DNA of 63,977 nucleotides, counting the filler, from an uncultured bacterium (GTDB taxonomy: Bacteria; CAZSTA01), in NCBI GenBank assembly GCA_964609495.1. It is 6 parts of 6 records of this genome, joined end to end, with 100 filler letters (N's around TTAATTAATTAA, not from the genome) between each part and the next. Parts side by side here need not be neighbours in the genome. Positions count along the whole stretch, not along the records: positions 1 to 10,791 come from CAZSTA010000123.1; 5 more parts are not named here. One strand, given 5' to 3'. The notes under the pieces were generated by a model that was not told the origin of the DNA, made no database searches, and saw nothing but the letters and a program-made list of their open reading frames with translations. How positions within the stretch are numbered: the stretch's first letter is position 1; every line of letters starts with the position of its first letter. Positions 1-9,539 of the stretch are shown here, one piece after another. A program made the translations under genes and the position numbers.

Positions 1-1
1 A

Positions 2-538
2 GATATCCCGCTGATCCCCGTCCCCGGACCAACCGCCCCGATAATTAGTCTTGTCATCTCTGGTCTTCCCACCCTCCGCTTTGTATATGAAGGTTTTCTG
101 CCCAATAAGAAGAAGCCTAGAAGAGAGATATTAGAAAAGCTTCGTGGCGAGACGAGAACGATAATTATATTTTCCGCTCCCCACAGATTGGTGGAAACTT
201 TAAGGGATATTTTCGATATATTAGGAGATAGGAACATAGCTATTGTCAGAGAGCTTACGAAGAAGTTTGAGGAGGTTATTCGGGGAAGGATAAGCGAGGT
301 TTTAGATCACTTCTCCCAAACCAAGCCTCAAGGTGAGATCACCATTATCTTGGCAGGTGCTGAGGAGAAAGGCAATAATATCCCTAGTGATATAGATGAA
401 GCTGAGATAGTCGCCAAGTTGCAAATATTGATCGAGGAAGGAGAAATATCTAAGAAGCACGCGATTAGGGTCTTGGCGAAGTTATTGCAGATACCTAAGA
501 GCAAGATCTACAAAATAGCCACAGACAGATATCCTTAG
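2..538 (+). CDS. rsmI: 16S rRNA (cytidine(1402)-2'-O)-methyltransferase, 5'-partial
   Basis: Frame is open from base 2: DIPLIPVPGPTA...SGLPTLRFVYEGFLP...FSAPHRL...IAIVRELTKKFEEVIRG...PQGEITIIL, all RsmI motifs. Confidence 0.92.
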   Translation, partial: DIPLIPVPGPTAPIISLVISGLPTLRFVYEGFLPNKKKPRREILEKLRGETRTIIIFSAPHRLVETLRDIFDILGDRNIAIVRELTKKFEEVIRGRISEVLDHFSQTKPQGEITIILAGAEEKGNNIPSDIDEAEIVAKLQILIEEGEISKKHAIRVLAKLLQIPKSKIYKIATDRYP

Positions 539-591
539 CTACTTGTGATCTCAATTTCTATCTTCAACTTTCCGAAGTTGGAAAGGAGCTG

Positions 592-1473
592 ATGTCCATA
601 AAACTCAAAGTCATAATCTGCGTCTTAGCGATAGTTTCCCTTTCTGCTGTTCAGGGAGAAAGACCGAGATTAGCGGAGAGCGGAAAGATAGCCTTCGTCT
701 CTGATAGAGAAGGCAACTTTGATGTGTTCCTTATGAACCCCGAGGGAGGAGGACAGCTTAGATTGACGAACAACAGTGCTCACGATGATGGGCCTTCCCT
801 ATCTCCTGATGGGAAGAAGGTGGCCTTCTACTCAGGAAGAAATATCAATTTTGAGATATATTCGCTTGAGATAGGGGATGGAACAAATACTAGATTAACG
901 ACCGATGGTGGAGATGATTGGGATCCAGCTTGGTCGCCAAGAAGGGGAGACGAGATCGCTTTTGTCTCTAACCGTGACGGAAATCTTGAGATATACAAGA
1001 TGAAACCCGATGGCGCTGAGCAAGTTAACCTAACTAAGAATCCATATAAGGATTATAGTCCGACTTGGTCACCTGATGGTGAGAGAATCGCTTTCGTCTC
1101 CGATCGAGACATCAATTATGAGATCTTTGGGATGAACACCGATGGAAGCGAACAGATCAATCTTACCAATAACAATGCTGATGATTGGGATCCAGCTTGG
1201 TCACCAAGAGGAGATAAGATCGCCTTCACCTCCGATCGCGACGGAAACTTCGAGATCTACGTAATGAACACTGATGGAAGCGATCAGGTGAACTTGACGC
1301 ACAATAGTGCGAATGATTTCTCTCCCACCTGGTCTCCTGACGGCAGAAAGATCGCCTTCGTTTCGAGTCGCAAGGTGAATTATGAGATCTATGTGATGAA
1401 TGCTAATGGAAGTGATCCAGGAAATATAACGAATAATGAGGCAGATGATTGGGCGCCTAGTTGGGGACCGTAA
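592..1473 (+). CDS. Secreted TolB-like beta-propeller (PD40 repeat) protein
   Basis: N-terminal signal peptide, then ~6 repeats of P.WSPDG.KIAF.SDRDGNFEIY.MN.DG. Confidence 0.88.
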   Translation: MSIKLKVIICVLAIVSLSAVQGERPRLAESGKIAFVSDREGNFDVFLMNPEGGGQLRLTNNSAHDDGPSLSPDGKKVAFYSGRNINFEIYSLEIGDGTNTRLTTDGGDDWDPAWSPRRGDEIAFVSNRDGNLEIYKMKPDGAEQVNLTKNPYKDYSPTWSPDGERIAFVSDRDINYEIFGMNTDGSEQINLTNNNADDWDPAWSPRGDKIAFTSDRDGNFEIYVMNTDGSDQVNLTHNSANDFSPTWSPDGRKIAFVSSRKVNYEIYVMNANGSDPGNITNNEADDWAPSWGP

Positions 1474-1529
1474 TTATGTCTCTTATATAAAGGGGTCGCA
1501 TAAAAATTTATAAAGAGAGGTGAAAGGAT

Positions 1530-2672
1530 ATGAAATGGTCGTTTAAGATAGGGGAGGTAAAGGGAATTGAGATCAAAGTTCATCTCACCTTTTTAATTAT
1601 CGTCGCTTGGGCTGCTTTCTACTGGGGAGTAGCTCTAAAGGGGGGAGTAGGCGGGGCTATCTTCGGGGTAATACTTATCTGTCTCCTATTTGGCTGTGTA
1701 GTGCTTCACGAATTATCTCATAGCTTCCAAGCTATTCGTTACGGATACAAAGTTGAAGATATAACCCTCCTCCCCATAGGTGGAATGGCTAAGATGGAAA
1801 GCATTCCTGAAGATCCCGCTCAGGAACTTCGTATGTCTATCGCGGGTCCTATGACCAACTTTGCAATAGCTCTTGTCCTATGGATACTGATAAAAATCTT
1901 CTTCGCAGGGCAGAGCACCCCTGGATTATATCAGGTTATGACGGAGATCAGCTTTAGAGGATTAATCCACTACCTATTCGTCATTAATATTATGCTGGGT
2001 GCATTCAACCTTATTCCTGCTTTTCCGATGGATGGAGGGCGAGTCCTTAGGGCGATCCTAGCCAAGAATATGGATTATGCTAAAGCTACTACTATAGCGG
2101 CTATGATTGGTCAGGGCTTAGCTATACTCATGGGAATGGCGGGATTCTTCATGGGTAACTTCTTTTTGATTTTGATCGCTATCTTCATCTACATGGGAGC
2201 AGAACAAGAGGGCAAGGTGACAGAGATAAAGAGTGTTCTTCGAGAATTAATTGTGGAGCAAGTGATGACCAGGGATATAAAGAGCGTCTCTTCTAGTACT
2301 CCTCTATCGGAGGTGATCGAGATCATCCTGCACAGCTATCAAGAGGACTTTCCAGTTGTGGATAACGATAAATTAGTAGGAATTCTTCCCCGTTCCTCTA
2401 TCATCTCCACGCTACATAGATCTTCTGCGGATACGCCGGTCAAACAGGCAATGAAGGAGGATTTCCCTGTAGTAACCCTTAAAACCCCGCTATCGGAAGT
2501 ATATCAGAAGATAATGGAAACCAGGATTAAGGTTATCCCAGTGATGGAGGGAGATAAATTCCAGGGGATAATAAATTTGGAGGATATAAGCGAGGCATAT
2601 ATGCTACTTTCGGCGGCAGGAGAGAGGCGAAGATCGGGGCTATCGAAACAGCAAGCTACAAAGAAGGAGTAA
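1530..2672 (+). CDS. Site-2 protease (M50 family) with C-terminal CBS pair
   Basis: HELSH zinc motif, FNLIPAFPMDGGR motif, TM segments, two CBS domains. Confidence 0.92.
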   Translation: MKWSFKIGEVKGIEIKVHLTFLIIVAWAAFYWGVALKGGVGGAIFGVILICLLFGCVVLHELSHSFQAIRYGYKVEDITLLPIGGMAKMESIPEDPAQELRMSIAGPMTNFAIALVLWILIKIFFAGQSTPGLYQVMTEISFRGLIHYLFVINIMLGAFNLIPAFPMDGGRVLRAILAKNMDYAKATTIAAMIGQGLAILMGMAGFFMGNFFLILIAIFIYMGAEQEGKVTEIKSVLRELIVEQVMTRDIKSVSSSTPLSEVIEIILHSYQEDFPVVDNDKLVGILPRSSIISTLHRSSADTPVKQAMKEDFPVVTLKTPLSEVYQKIMETRIKVIPVMEGDKFQGIINLEDISEAYMLLSAAGERRRSGLSKQQATKKE

Positions 2673-2999
2673 CCTCTTTTATGTAATAGAGGGCTTCCTC
2701 TAATACTATAGACCTCAACTATCCATAAATAGTGCTTGTATTCACAGGGATATCCAAAAGCCTTAGATACCAGAAAAGCTGAATCCTATGGTGAGCTGGG
2801 TGTTTGCTCACCTCGATATTATATTCACTCAACCTTTTTGTAGTATATCATAAAACTGAACTAAAATCGAGAGTTCCCTAATGGATTTTAGCTTCACATT
2901 ATAGAGAAGGAAAGGATGACCAGAAAAAGAAGCCTCCTATTAAGGGAGGGCCTTTAAGATCAAGAAATTATGACATCACTTGCTAAGTAATGAAATTCC

Positions 3000-3028
3000 T
3001 TGACAAAGATTATATACTATGCTAAAAT
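3000..3028 (+). promoter_or_regulatory. Sigma-70-type promoter
   Basis: TTGACA-17 bp-TAAAAT with TG extension, upstream of ORF 3065. Confidence 0.7.
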
Positions 3029-3064
3029 AAAATTAACTTATAGGCTTAAGAAGAGGTATAAGCT

Positions 3065-3763
3065 ATGGGTAAGATAGAAGAGGGCATGGTTCTCGTTCAA
3101 GCAGGAGAGTTTATTATGGGAAGCGATTATGAAGAAGCCTCAGAGCTATCTCGTGGAGTAGATATATTTCTCGATGAAGAGATAGTATTTGATGAAAGCA
3201 AACGGAAAGTTTATGTTGATGCCTTCTATATCGATATATACCCAGTAACTAATGCTCGATACAAAAAATTTATTGAGGCCACTGGGTATCCAGCCCCTTA
3301 TGTAAATGAGGATTGGGCTCGTCCCTACAGTTGGGAAAATGATGTCTATCCTAGGGGTAAGGACGATCATCCAGTGGTGTTAGTAACTTGGGAAGATGCT
3401 CAAGCTTACGTCGAATGGGCGGGAAAAAGACTTCCCACCGAGGAGGAATGGGAGAAGACTGCTAGGGGAACTGATGGAAGATATTGGCCTTGGGGAAATA
3501 ATTGGGATAAAGATCTTGCTAATAGCTGGGAATATGGCCCTCGAACCACTACTCCAGTAGCAGCTTATCCTAAAGGGGTTAGTCCTTATGGATGCTATGA
3601 TATGGCGGGAAATGTTTGGGAGTGGGTCGAGGAAGAGGGGATAATACGCGGGGGATCTTGGGGCAGCTTCGCGGCCTGTGTTCGTTGCACCTCCCGAGGA
3701 GAAATTATTCCGACTTATAGAGCCGCTTATATAGGTTTCCGCAGTGCTAAGAGCGCGGAATAA
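3065..3763 (+). CDS. FGE-sulfatase (SUMF1/EgtB/PvdO-like) domain protein
   Basis: F.MGS, PVTNARY, HPVV.VTWEDA.AY..WAGKRLPTEEEWEK.ARG, YDMAGNVWEW, RGGSW, GFR; lacks the FGE catalytic Cys motif. Confidence 0.88.
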   Translation: MGKIEEGMVLVQAGEFIMGSDYEEASELSRGVDIFLDEEIVFDESKRKVYVDAFYIDIYPVTNARYKKFIEATGYPAPYVNEDWARPYSWENDVYPRGKDDHPVVLVTWEDAQAYVEWAGKRLPTEEEWEKTARGTDGRYWPWGNNWDKDLANSWEYGPRTTTPVAAYPKGVSPYGCYDMAGNVWEWVEEEGIIRGGSWGSFAACVRCTSRGEIIPTYRAAYIGFRSAKSAE

Positions 3764-3840
3764 GTTGGGTATTTCGATGAATCCCCAGAGAATATCCAGA
3801 AAATCTCAACCGAGTTTATAAATTGAAGGGGGCTTCTGCG

Positions 3841-4857
3841 ATGAAGCGGAAATTTTTATCTTTATTTCTAATGCTATTCTTGATCCTTACTCTAAACGAG
3901 GTGCTAGCTGTCGATTTAGAAACTACAAAGAGCGGTACTCAGGCTAAGTCTGAGCTAAAAGGCACGATCCTTGAGGCTGGAGTGGAGAAGAGGATAGAAG
4001 CCCAGATAGCACCAGCTTATATAAACGGCATGAAGATGAGCCGTAATGTTATCATCTACCAGGGGAGAATCCTAGCACCTCCTGAAGTTTTTAAAGAGGA
4101 TATGGGAGCTGAGGTGAAATGGGACCCCGAAAGAAACACGGTGACTATAACTAAGGGTAAAATCTCCATAAGGATGACTCCGGGTGTTAAGCGGGTCTTC
4201 ATAAATAAGATAGGGAAGCCACTTGATATCCCTCCTATCGTTATCGATAATGAACAACTTATGATCCCTTTACGTTTCGTCAGTGAACAACTTGGCTATA
4301 TGGTGAACTGGGCCGATCGAAGGGCCCTCCTAGAAGAGAGACCGAAAGCTAAGGATATCTTCGATGATGTCCTTATGAGAATAATAACTTGGGTTGATTA
4401 TCTGCTCGCCCAGATCCTTGATTTGATACCATACGCCTTGCCTCCTATCGCTAAATCCCTCTTAGGAGTTATAATAGGGATAATCATCGGACTAATTTTG
4501 AGATGGTTTCTCGTCCAGGTTAGAAATCTCGGTGGGATCCTGATCGCCTCGACGATATCCGTTGCCTTAGTCCTCATCATATTCATCTTTGTTCTTCCTG
4601 CCCTAGGTTATAATGTCATAAATTGGGAGAAGATAAGTCAGGATATGCATAGACAAATGGCGGAGCTTACCGGGAGAGAGAGTACTCAGCGATCGGTAAG
4701 CCTCTCTGCAGAGTTACTCAAGAAGAATGTACTAGTTATAGTAGGGATCTTTATCGGCTTTATAGTTCTGGGGATCATCCTTGCGATCATAAGAGGTCGG
4801 AGAACATCTCGCAGCTCAAGGGAAGGAGGAACTACGGCTTCCAGAACCACAAGTTAA
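3841..4857 (+). CDS. Membrane protein with copper amine oxidase-like N-terminal (stalk) domain
   Basis: Signal peptide; GAEVKWD...IPLRFVSEQLGYMVNW motif; C-terminal TM helices. Confidence 0.75.
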   Translation: MKRKFLSLFLMLFLILTLNEVLAVDLETTKSGTQAKSELKGTILEAGVEKRIEAQIAPAYINGMKMSRNVIIYQGRILAPPEVFKEDMGAEVKWDPERNTVTITKGKISIRMTPGVKRVFINKIGKPLDIPPIVIDNEQLMIPLRFVSEQLGYMVNWADRRALLEERPKAKDIFDDVLMRIITWVDYLLAQILDLIPYALPPIAKSLLGVIIGIIIGLILRWFLVQVRNLGGILIASTISVALVLIIFIFVLPALGYNVINWEKISQDMHRQMAELTGRESTQRSVSLSAELLKKNVLVIVGIFIGFIVLGIILAIIRGRRTSRSSREGGTTASRTTS

Positions 4858-4870
4858 CAATTTTACGTTT

Positions 4871-5326
4871 ATGTTATTATTTTATCTTCTTCAAATTTTT
4901 TTGGGCTTTACCGCGGGAATAGTTCTTGGAATGATTCTAAAAACTGTTTTCCAGCGTGGGAGCATAGTGAAAATTCTTATAACTATAGCTGTCATAATTA
5001 TTTTCCTTCTCTCCTTCGTTTACCTAATTTCTCCTGAGCATCTTACCGAATTTATCCCGAAGGTTGGGGATAAACTTTTATCTTTAATTGATGATTTTGA
5101 TCTATACCAACTGCGATATCTAGCAGAGGATAATATTATTACTATCATCTCCTATTTACTGGGAACAATTACCGGGTGGATGTTGACTGGAAGGGTTATC
5201 TTTATAAGAGGTAGCAAAATGCCTAAGAGAGTAGCTTATGAAGTCAAACAGACTAAGAAAGAGCCGAAGGGAGAAGAACAAAAGCCACCTCCTCAACAAG
5301 AAGATAGAAGGGGGAACTATGTATGA
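4871..5326 (+). CDS. Hypothetical membrane protein
   Basis: 151-aa ORF with three hydrophobic segments; resembles the TM part of the upstream gene. Confidence 0.55.
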   Translation: MLLFYLLQIFLGFTAGIVLGMILKTVFQRGSIVKILITIAVIIIFLLSFVYLISPEHLTEFIPKVGDKLLSLIDDFDLYQLRYLAEDNIITIISYLLGTITGWMLTGRVIFIRGSKMPKRVAYEVKQTKKEPKGEEQKPPPQQEDRRGNYV

Positions 5327-5445
5327 ATAATAGGGAAAGGGTAAACCGAGCTGTAAAATTCCAAAAACCAGATCGAGTCTCAGTTATGCGTGCCTACCTG
5401 CCTGAGGCTATTTTAACTCTCCACTGGGAGATATCTATTAGTTAG
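5323..5445 (+). pseudogene. N-terminal remnant of a uroporphyrinogen decarboxylase/MtaA-like protein
   Basis: RBS (AGGGGG) and ATG give MNNRERVNRAVKFQKPDRVSV..., the typical URO-D-family N-terminus, which stops after 40 aa. Confidence 0.55.
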
Positions 5446-5476
5446 CAACATAAAAAGAAAGAGAGGTAAAAGGTTA

Positions 5477-6847
5477 ATGAATGTAGTTATCATCTTCCTA
5501 GACAGCTTTCGATGGGATCATGTCAGTGTCTATAATCGGGGTCGACCTCCGTTTGAGGGAATTGTCGCCTGCAAGACTCCTAATCTGGACCGCTTTGCCC
5601 AGAAGTGCGTCATCTTTGAAAATGCCTATCCAGAGGCTCTCCCCACGATGCCCGTTCGACTACAGTTTACGACGGGTCAACGCACTCTAGCCTCCCGAGG
5701 TTGGGAGCCGATGAAGGAAAACGACATCCCTATCCAAAAGATCCTCGGGGACCAGGGATATGTCTCGGGACTTATCGCAGACACATACCATTTCCGAGCT
5801 CCAGGGATGAACTACCATCGAGATTTCAACTGCTATCGCTGGATTAGAGGACAGGAATATGACCCCTGGTTCAGTTCACTTCCGAAACGAAACATAGATG
5901 ACTACGTCAATGAAAACTACCCGGAGATATGGCGTAAGCGGGTGGCCCAATTTCTTGCCAACACGGATGATTTTCATAGCGAGGAGGACTGGTTTCCCGC
6001 GAAGGTAGTTGATGAGGCTTGCCGATGGCTAAAAGCTAATCGAGGTTACGAGAAGGTCCTCTTATGGATCGACAGCTTTGACCCCCACGAACCCTGGGAT
6101 CCCCCTAAACGTTGGGACACCTATACCGATCCCTCCTACTCTGGAAAGAGACTGATCTTGCCGATGGGCGGACCAGTGACGAACTGGGCTACCCCTGAAG
6201 AGATTCAACATATTCGGGGACTATATGCGGGGGAGGCGGCCTTTGTAGATTACTGCTTCGGAAGGTTATTCAATTGCCTGGAGGGAGAGGGTTATCTCGA
6301 GGATAGCTTCATTATCGTGCTAGCCGATCACGGACATCCCCTTGGCGATCACGGAAAGTTCCTCAAGGGCGGAGACAGGATGTATAGCGAACTCCTCAAA
6401 GCTCCGTTCCTCGTCCACTTGCCGAACTCCGAGAACGGAGGGATGAGAACAGATGCCCTGGTCTATTTCCACGACGTGTTACCGACTATCCTGGATTTGA
6501 TGGGGCAAAAGAATAACACAGAAGCCATGCATGGAAAGAGTTTTCTCCCGGTGCTGAAGGGTGATACCAATGAGCATCGTCCGGCTATCATCACTGGTTA
6601 TCACGAAGCGCTGGAGCGTTGCATTCGCGACAAGAGATGGAGCTATGTTATTCGCCCCGAAGGCGAGCCCGATGAACTCTACGACTTGAAAAACGATTGG
6701 AGAGAGACAACTAATCTCATCGATTCTCACTATAAGGAAGCCCAGAGGCTATCAGCGATGTTTGGGGGATACTTCCGTAGGGGGCAGGTTCAGGCTGTAA
6801 AGGGAATTCAGGGTCGCTACGAAATGGCCTCGGGAAGTGTGGGCTAA
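5477..6847 (+). CDS. Sulfatase-like hydrolase (alkaline phosphatase superfamily)
   Basis: DS.R.DH, TPNLD, FDPHEPWDPP, ADHG, DVLPTILDL, ELYDL; signature reads T-M-P-V-R. Confidence 0.88.
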   Translation: MNVVIIFLDSFRWDHVSVYNRGRPPFEGIVACKTPNLDRFAQKCVIFENAYPEALPTMPVRLQFTTGQRTLASRGWEPMKENDIPIQKILGDQGYVSGLIADTYHFRAPGMNYHRDFNCYRWIRGQEYDPWFSSLPKRNIDDYVNENYPEIWRKRVAQFLANTDDFHSEEDWFPAKVVDEACRWLKANRGYEKVLLWIDSFDPHEPWDPPKRWDTYTDPSYSGKRLILPMGGPVTNWATPEEIQHIRGLYAGEAAFVDYCFGRLFNCLEGEGYLEDSFIIVLADHGHPLGDHGKFLKGGDRMYSELLKAPFLVHLPNSENGGMRTDALVYFHDVLPTILDLMGQKNNTEAMHGKSFLPVLKGDTNEHRPAIITGYHEALERCIRDKRWSYVIRPEGEPDELYDLKNDWRETTNLIDSHYKEAQRLSAMFGGYFRRGQVQAVKGIQGRYEMASGSVG

Positions 6848-6870
6848 ATTTAAGCGGAGGTAAAAATAAA

Positions 6871-7710
6871 ATGGTAACAAAGGAGGTTTTATTAATTATT
6901 TTGGCATTACCGATAATTGCCCTCTCTAGTTGCGGGGGAGTGGAGAGTTCGGGGATTATGCCTGAGGAGGGAATAAAAATTTTAACTATTATTGTTATTT
7001 ACGATAACAATCCCTATAAGGAGGGATTGGAAACCGCCTGGGGGTTCTCCTGTCTGGTGAGGGGAGCAGAGAAGACTGTCCTCTTCGATACTGGGGGAGA
7101 TGGTTCAATATTGCTCGCGAATATGAAGAGGTTAGGGATCGACCCTAAGGAGGTGGAGGTGGTCGTCCTCTCCCATATCCATGGAGATCATGTGGGAGGA
7201 TTATCTAGCTTTCTTAGTGAGAACCACGATGTTACAGTATATTTGCCAAAATCATTTCCTCAGAGTTTCAAAGATGGAGTGAAGAGATATGGAGCAGAGC
7301 CAGTGGAGGTCTATGACCCTCTGAAGATCTGCGAACAGGTCTATTCCACCGGAGAGCTCGGAGTTGGAATAAGAGAACAATCTTTGGTGATTCATACTGA
7401 GGGAGGACTAGCGGTAATCACTGGTTGTGCGCATCCTGGCATAGTAAGTATAGTGGAGAAGGCAAAAGATTTAGTGAAAGCGGAGGTCCTCTTCGTGATG
7501 GGGGGCTTTCACCTAGGCAGCAAAAGCGAAGGTGAGATAGAGCAGATCATCGCTAGCTTCAAGCAACTGGGAGTTCGCTATGCCGGTCCCTGCCACTGTT
7601 CAGGAGATCGGGCAAGGCAACTATTTGAAGAAGCTTATGGCAAGAATTTCTTGCGTATAGGTGTGGGGGAAACAATAACTATAAGTGAAGATCATATTTC
7701 AGGCAACTGA
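6871..7710 (+). CDS. MBL-fold metallo-hydrolase, probable lipoprotein
   Basis: LFDTG, SHIHGDHVGG, ITGCAHPG, GGFHL, PCHCSG; lipobox-like LSSC. Confidence 0.85.
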   Translation: MVTKEVLLIILALPIIALSSCGGVESSGIMPEEGIKILTIIVIYDNNPYKEGLETAWGFSCLVRGAEKTVLFDTGGDGSILLANMKRLGIDPKEVEVVVLSHIHGDHVGGLSSFLSENHDVTVYLPKSFPQSFKDGVKRYGAEPVEVYDPLKICEQVYSTGELGVGIREQSLVIHTEGGLAVITGCAHPGIVSIVEKAKDLVKAEVLFVMGGFHLGSKSEGEIEQIIASFKQLGVRYAGPCHCSGDRARQLFEEAYGKNFLRIGVGETITISEDHISGN

Positions 7711-7737
7711 ACCTGATATTCCTCCCCGGAGATATGT

Positions 7738-8367
7738 ATGCCCAGAATAGAACCCTTTGAGAAATACACAACCAAGTATGAGGATTGGTTCAGTAGGCAC
7801 AAATTCGCTTACGAATCGGAATTGCAAGCGATAAGAGAGTATTTACCTGATAGCGAAAATAGCCTCGAAGTTGGGGTGGGCAGTGGGCGATTTGCCGCCC
7901 CGTTGGGGATCAAATTCGGACTTGAACCATCCGCTAAGATGCGGGAGATCGCGAGGAGGAGGGGAATCGAGGTAGTTGCTGGTATTGCTGAGGCGCTTCC
8001 CTTCCTCGCTTCCAGCTTCGATCTTCTCCTGATGGTTACGACCATCTGCTTTGTTGATAACCTAGAATTGACCTTCAAAGAAGCTTATAGGGTATTAAGA
8101 GCGGATGGTTGCTTGATCCTCGGCTTTATCGATCGCAGTAGCCCCCTGGGGAAATTATACGAAAAATATAAAGCGGACAATGTATTTTATCGAGATGCAA
8201 CTTTCTATTCTACAGGAGAGGTTATCTCTGTTTTAGAGAAGACAGGTTTCAGGGATTTAAAATTTGGTCAAACCATCTTCAAGAATTTATCGGATATCGA
8301 TAGGATTGAACCGGTAAAACCAGGCTGTGGAGAAGGCTCATTCATCGTAATCAAGGCTGTGAGATAA
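7738..8367 (+). CDS. Class I SAM-dependent methyltransferase
   Basis: LEVGVGSGRF motif I, AEALPF...FD, EAYRVL. Confidence 0.88.
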   Translation: MPRIEPFEKYTTKYEDWFSRHKFAYESELQAIREYLPDSENSLEVGVGSGRFAAPLGIKFGLEPSAKMREIARRRGIEVVAGIAEALPFLASSFDLLLMVTTICFVDNLELTFKEAYRVLRADGCLILGFIDRSSPLGKLYEKYKADNVFYRDATFYSTGEVISVLEKTGFRDLKFGQTIFKNLSDIDRIEPVKPGCGEGSFIVIKAVR

Positions 8368-8385
8368 AAAGCAATAGAATACCGT

Positions 8386-8447
8386 ATCTAATGACGTGTT
8401 TGTGGCTCACTTATCCAGGTGGGTCGCAAACACGCTAAATGTTAGAC
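8386..8447 (+). other. Degenerate attC-like palindrome
   Basis: ATCTAAT...GTTAGAC ends enclosing an 18-bp stem CGTGTTTGTGGCTCACTT/AGGTGGGTCGCAAACACG. Confidence 0.5.
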
Positions 8448-8472
8448 GAAGTCAACATTTAAAGGAGCAAAG

Positions 8473-9426
8473 ATGAAATACAAACATCTATTTGGTCCTG
8501 TGCCATCGAGACGATTGGGGGTTTCTCTAGGGATAGATTTAATCCCGTTCAAAACATGCACTCTGGACTGTGTATATTGTGAGTGTGGGAAGACCACTAA
8601 TCTTACGGTAGAGAGAAAGGAATACATCCCAGTCGGTGAGATCTTCGATGAGCTAAACGAATATCTCGATAATTACCCCGATTTAGATTTCATAACATTT
8701 TCCGGTTCTGGAGAACCGACTCTGCACAGCGGTATCGGTGATATAATCAATTTTTTAAAGCAAAACTACTCCCGATATAGAATTGCTCTTCTAACTAACG
8801 GCACTCTTCTTTACCAAGAGAAATTGAGAAGCGAGGTCAAAGAAGTAGATTTGATTATGCCTTCTTTAGATGCTGTCTCGGAAAATGCTTTCAAGAGAAT
8901 CAATAGACCTCATAGCAGTTTAGATCCCCGAAGAATTATCTCCGGACTGGTTGAGTTACGCAAGGAATATCCGGGGGAAATTTGGCTGGAAATATTCATT
9001 GTCCCAGGTTTGAACGATACAAAGGATGAATTACTATCGCTGAAGAAAGCTATTCGGAGGATAAATCCAGATAGAGTGCAACTAAATACGTTAGATAGGC
9101 CTGGAACGGAAAGTTGGGTGATGGCCACAAGGAAAGAGGAATTAGAAGCGATATCATCTTATCTTGGGAATGCAGAAATTATAACAGAATTTACCTCAAG
9201 GAAGAAGATCACCAGTTTTAGCAAGGACATCGAGGGGAATATATTATCAACCTTAAAAAGGAGACCTTGCACAGCTAAGGATGTATCTCACTCCCTTGGG
9301 CTACATTTAAATGAGATTAATAAGTATCTCCAGGTGCTTCTGGAGACAGATAAAATCGAGGGTGAAGAGCAAGAAAGGGGGGTGTTCTTTAAGGTTAAAT
9401 CAAGTGGTCAGAGGGAATTGAAATAG
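8473..9426 (+). CDS. Radical SAM protein (COG0731-like) with C-terminal HTH-like region
   Basis: FGPVPSRRLG.SLGIDL, CTLDCVYC, FSGSGEPTL, LLTNG, QLNTLDRPG. Confidence 0.9.
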   Translation: MKYKHLFGPVPSRRLGVSLGIDLIPFKTCTLDCVYCECGKTTNLTVERKEYIPVGEIFDELNEYLDNYPDLDFITFSGSGEPTLHSGIGDIINFLKQNYSRYRIALLTNGTLLYQEKLRSEVKEVDLIMPSLDAVSENAFKRINRPHSSLDPRRIISGLVELRKEYPGEIWLEIFIVPGLNDTKDELLSLKKAIRRINPDRVQLNTLDRPGTESWVMATRKEELEAISSYLGNAEIITEFTSRKKITSFSKDIEGNILSTLKRRPCTAKDVSHSLGLHLNEINKYLQVLLETDKIEGEEQERGVFFKVKSSGQRELK

Positions 9427-9444
9427 TCGAAAACATATTGTATC

Positions 9445-9515
9445 ACATAACAGCGTATTTGGGTCTCATTCATCCCAACACTTTAAACACTTCGCAAACG
9501 TGCGAAACATTGAGT
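9445..9515 (+). other. Second, more degenerate attC-like element
   Basis: ACATAACAGCGTATTTG...CTTCGCAAACGTGCGAAACATTG resembles the 8386 element; the right-hand GTT core is mutated. Confidence 0.35.
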
Positions 9516-9539
9516 TGCTAAATAAAGGAGAGTCGCTAT

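Noticed and set aside
592-1473. Internal nucleotide repeats (GATGATTGGGATCCAGCTTGGTC at ~912 and ~1180)
   Set aside because: Explained by PD40 propeller blade repeats
3065-3763. FGE-sulfatase (CLec-fold) gene as a diversity-generating retroelement target
   Set aside because: No template repeat matching its 3' end and no reverse transcriptase seen in the window
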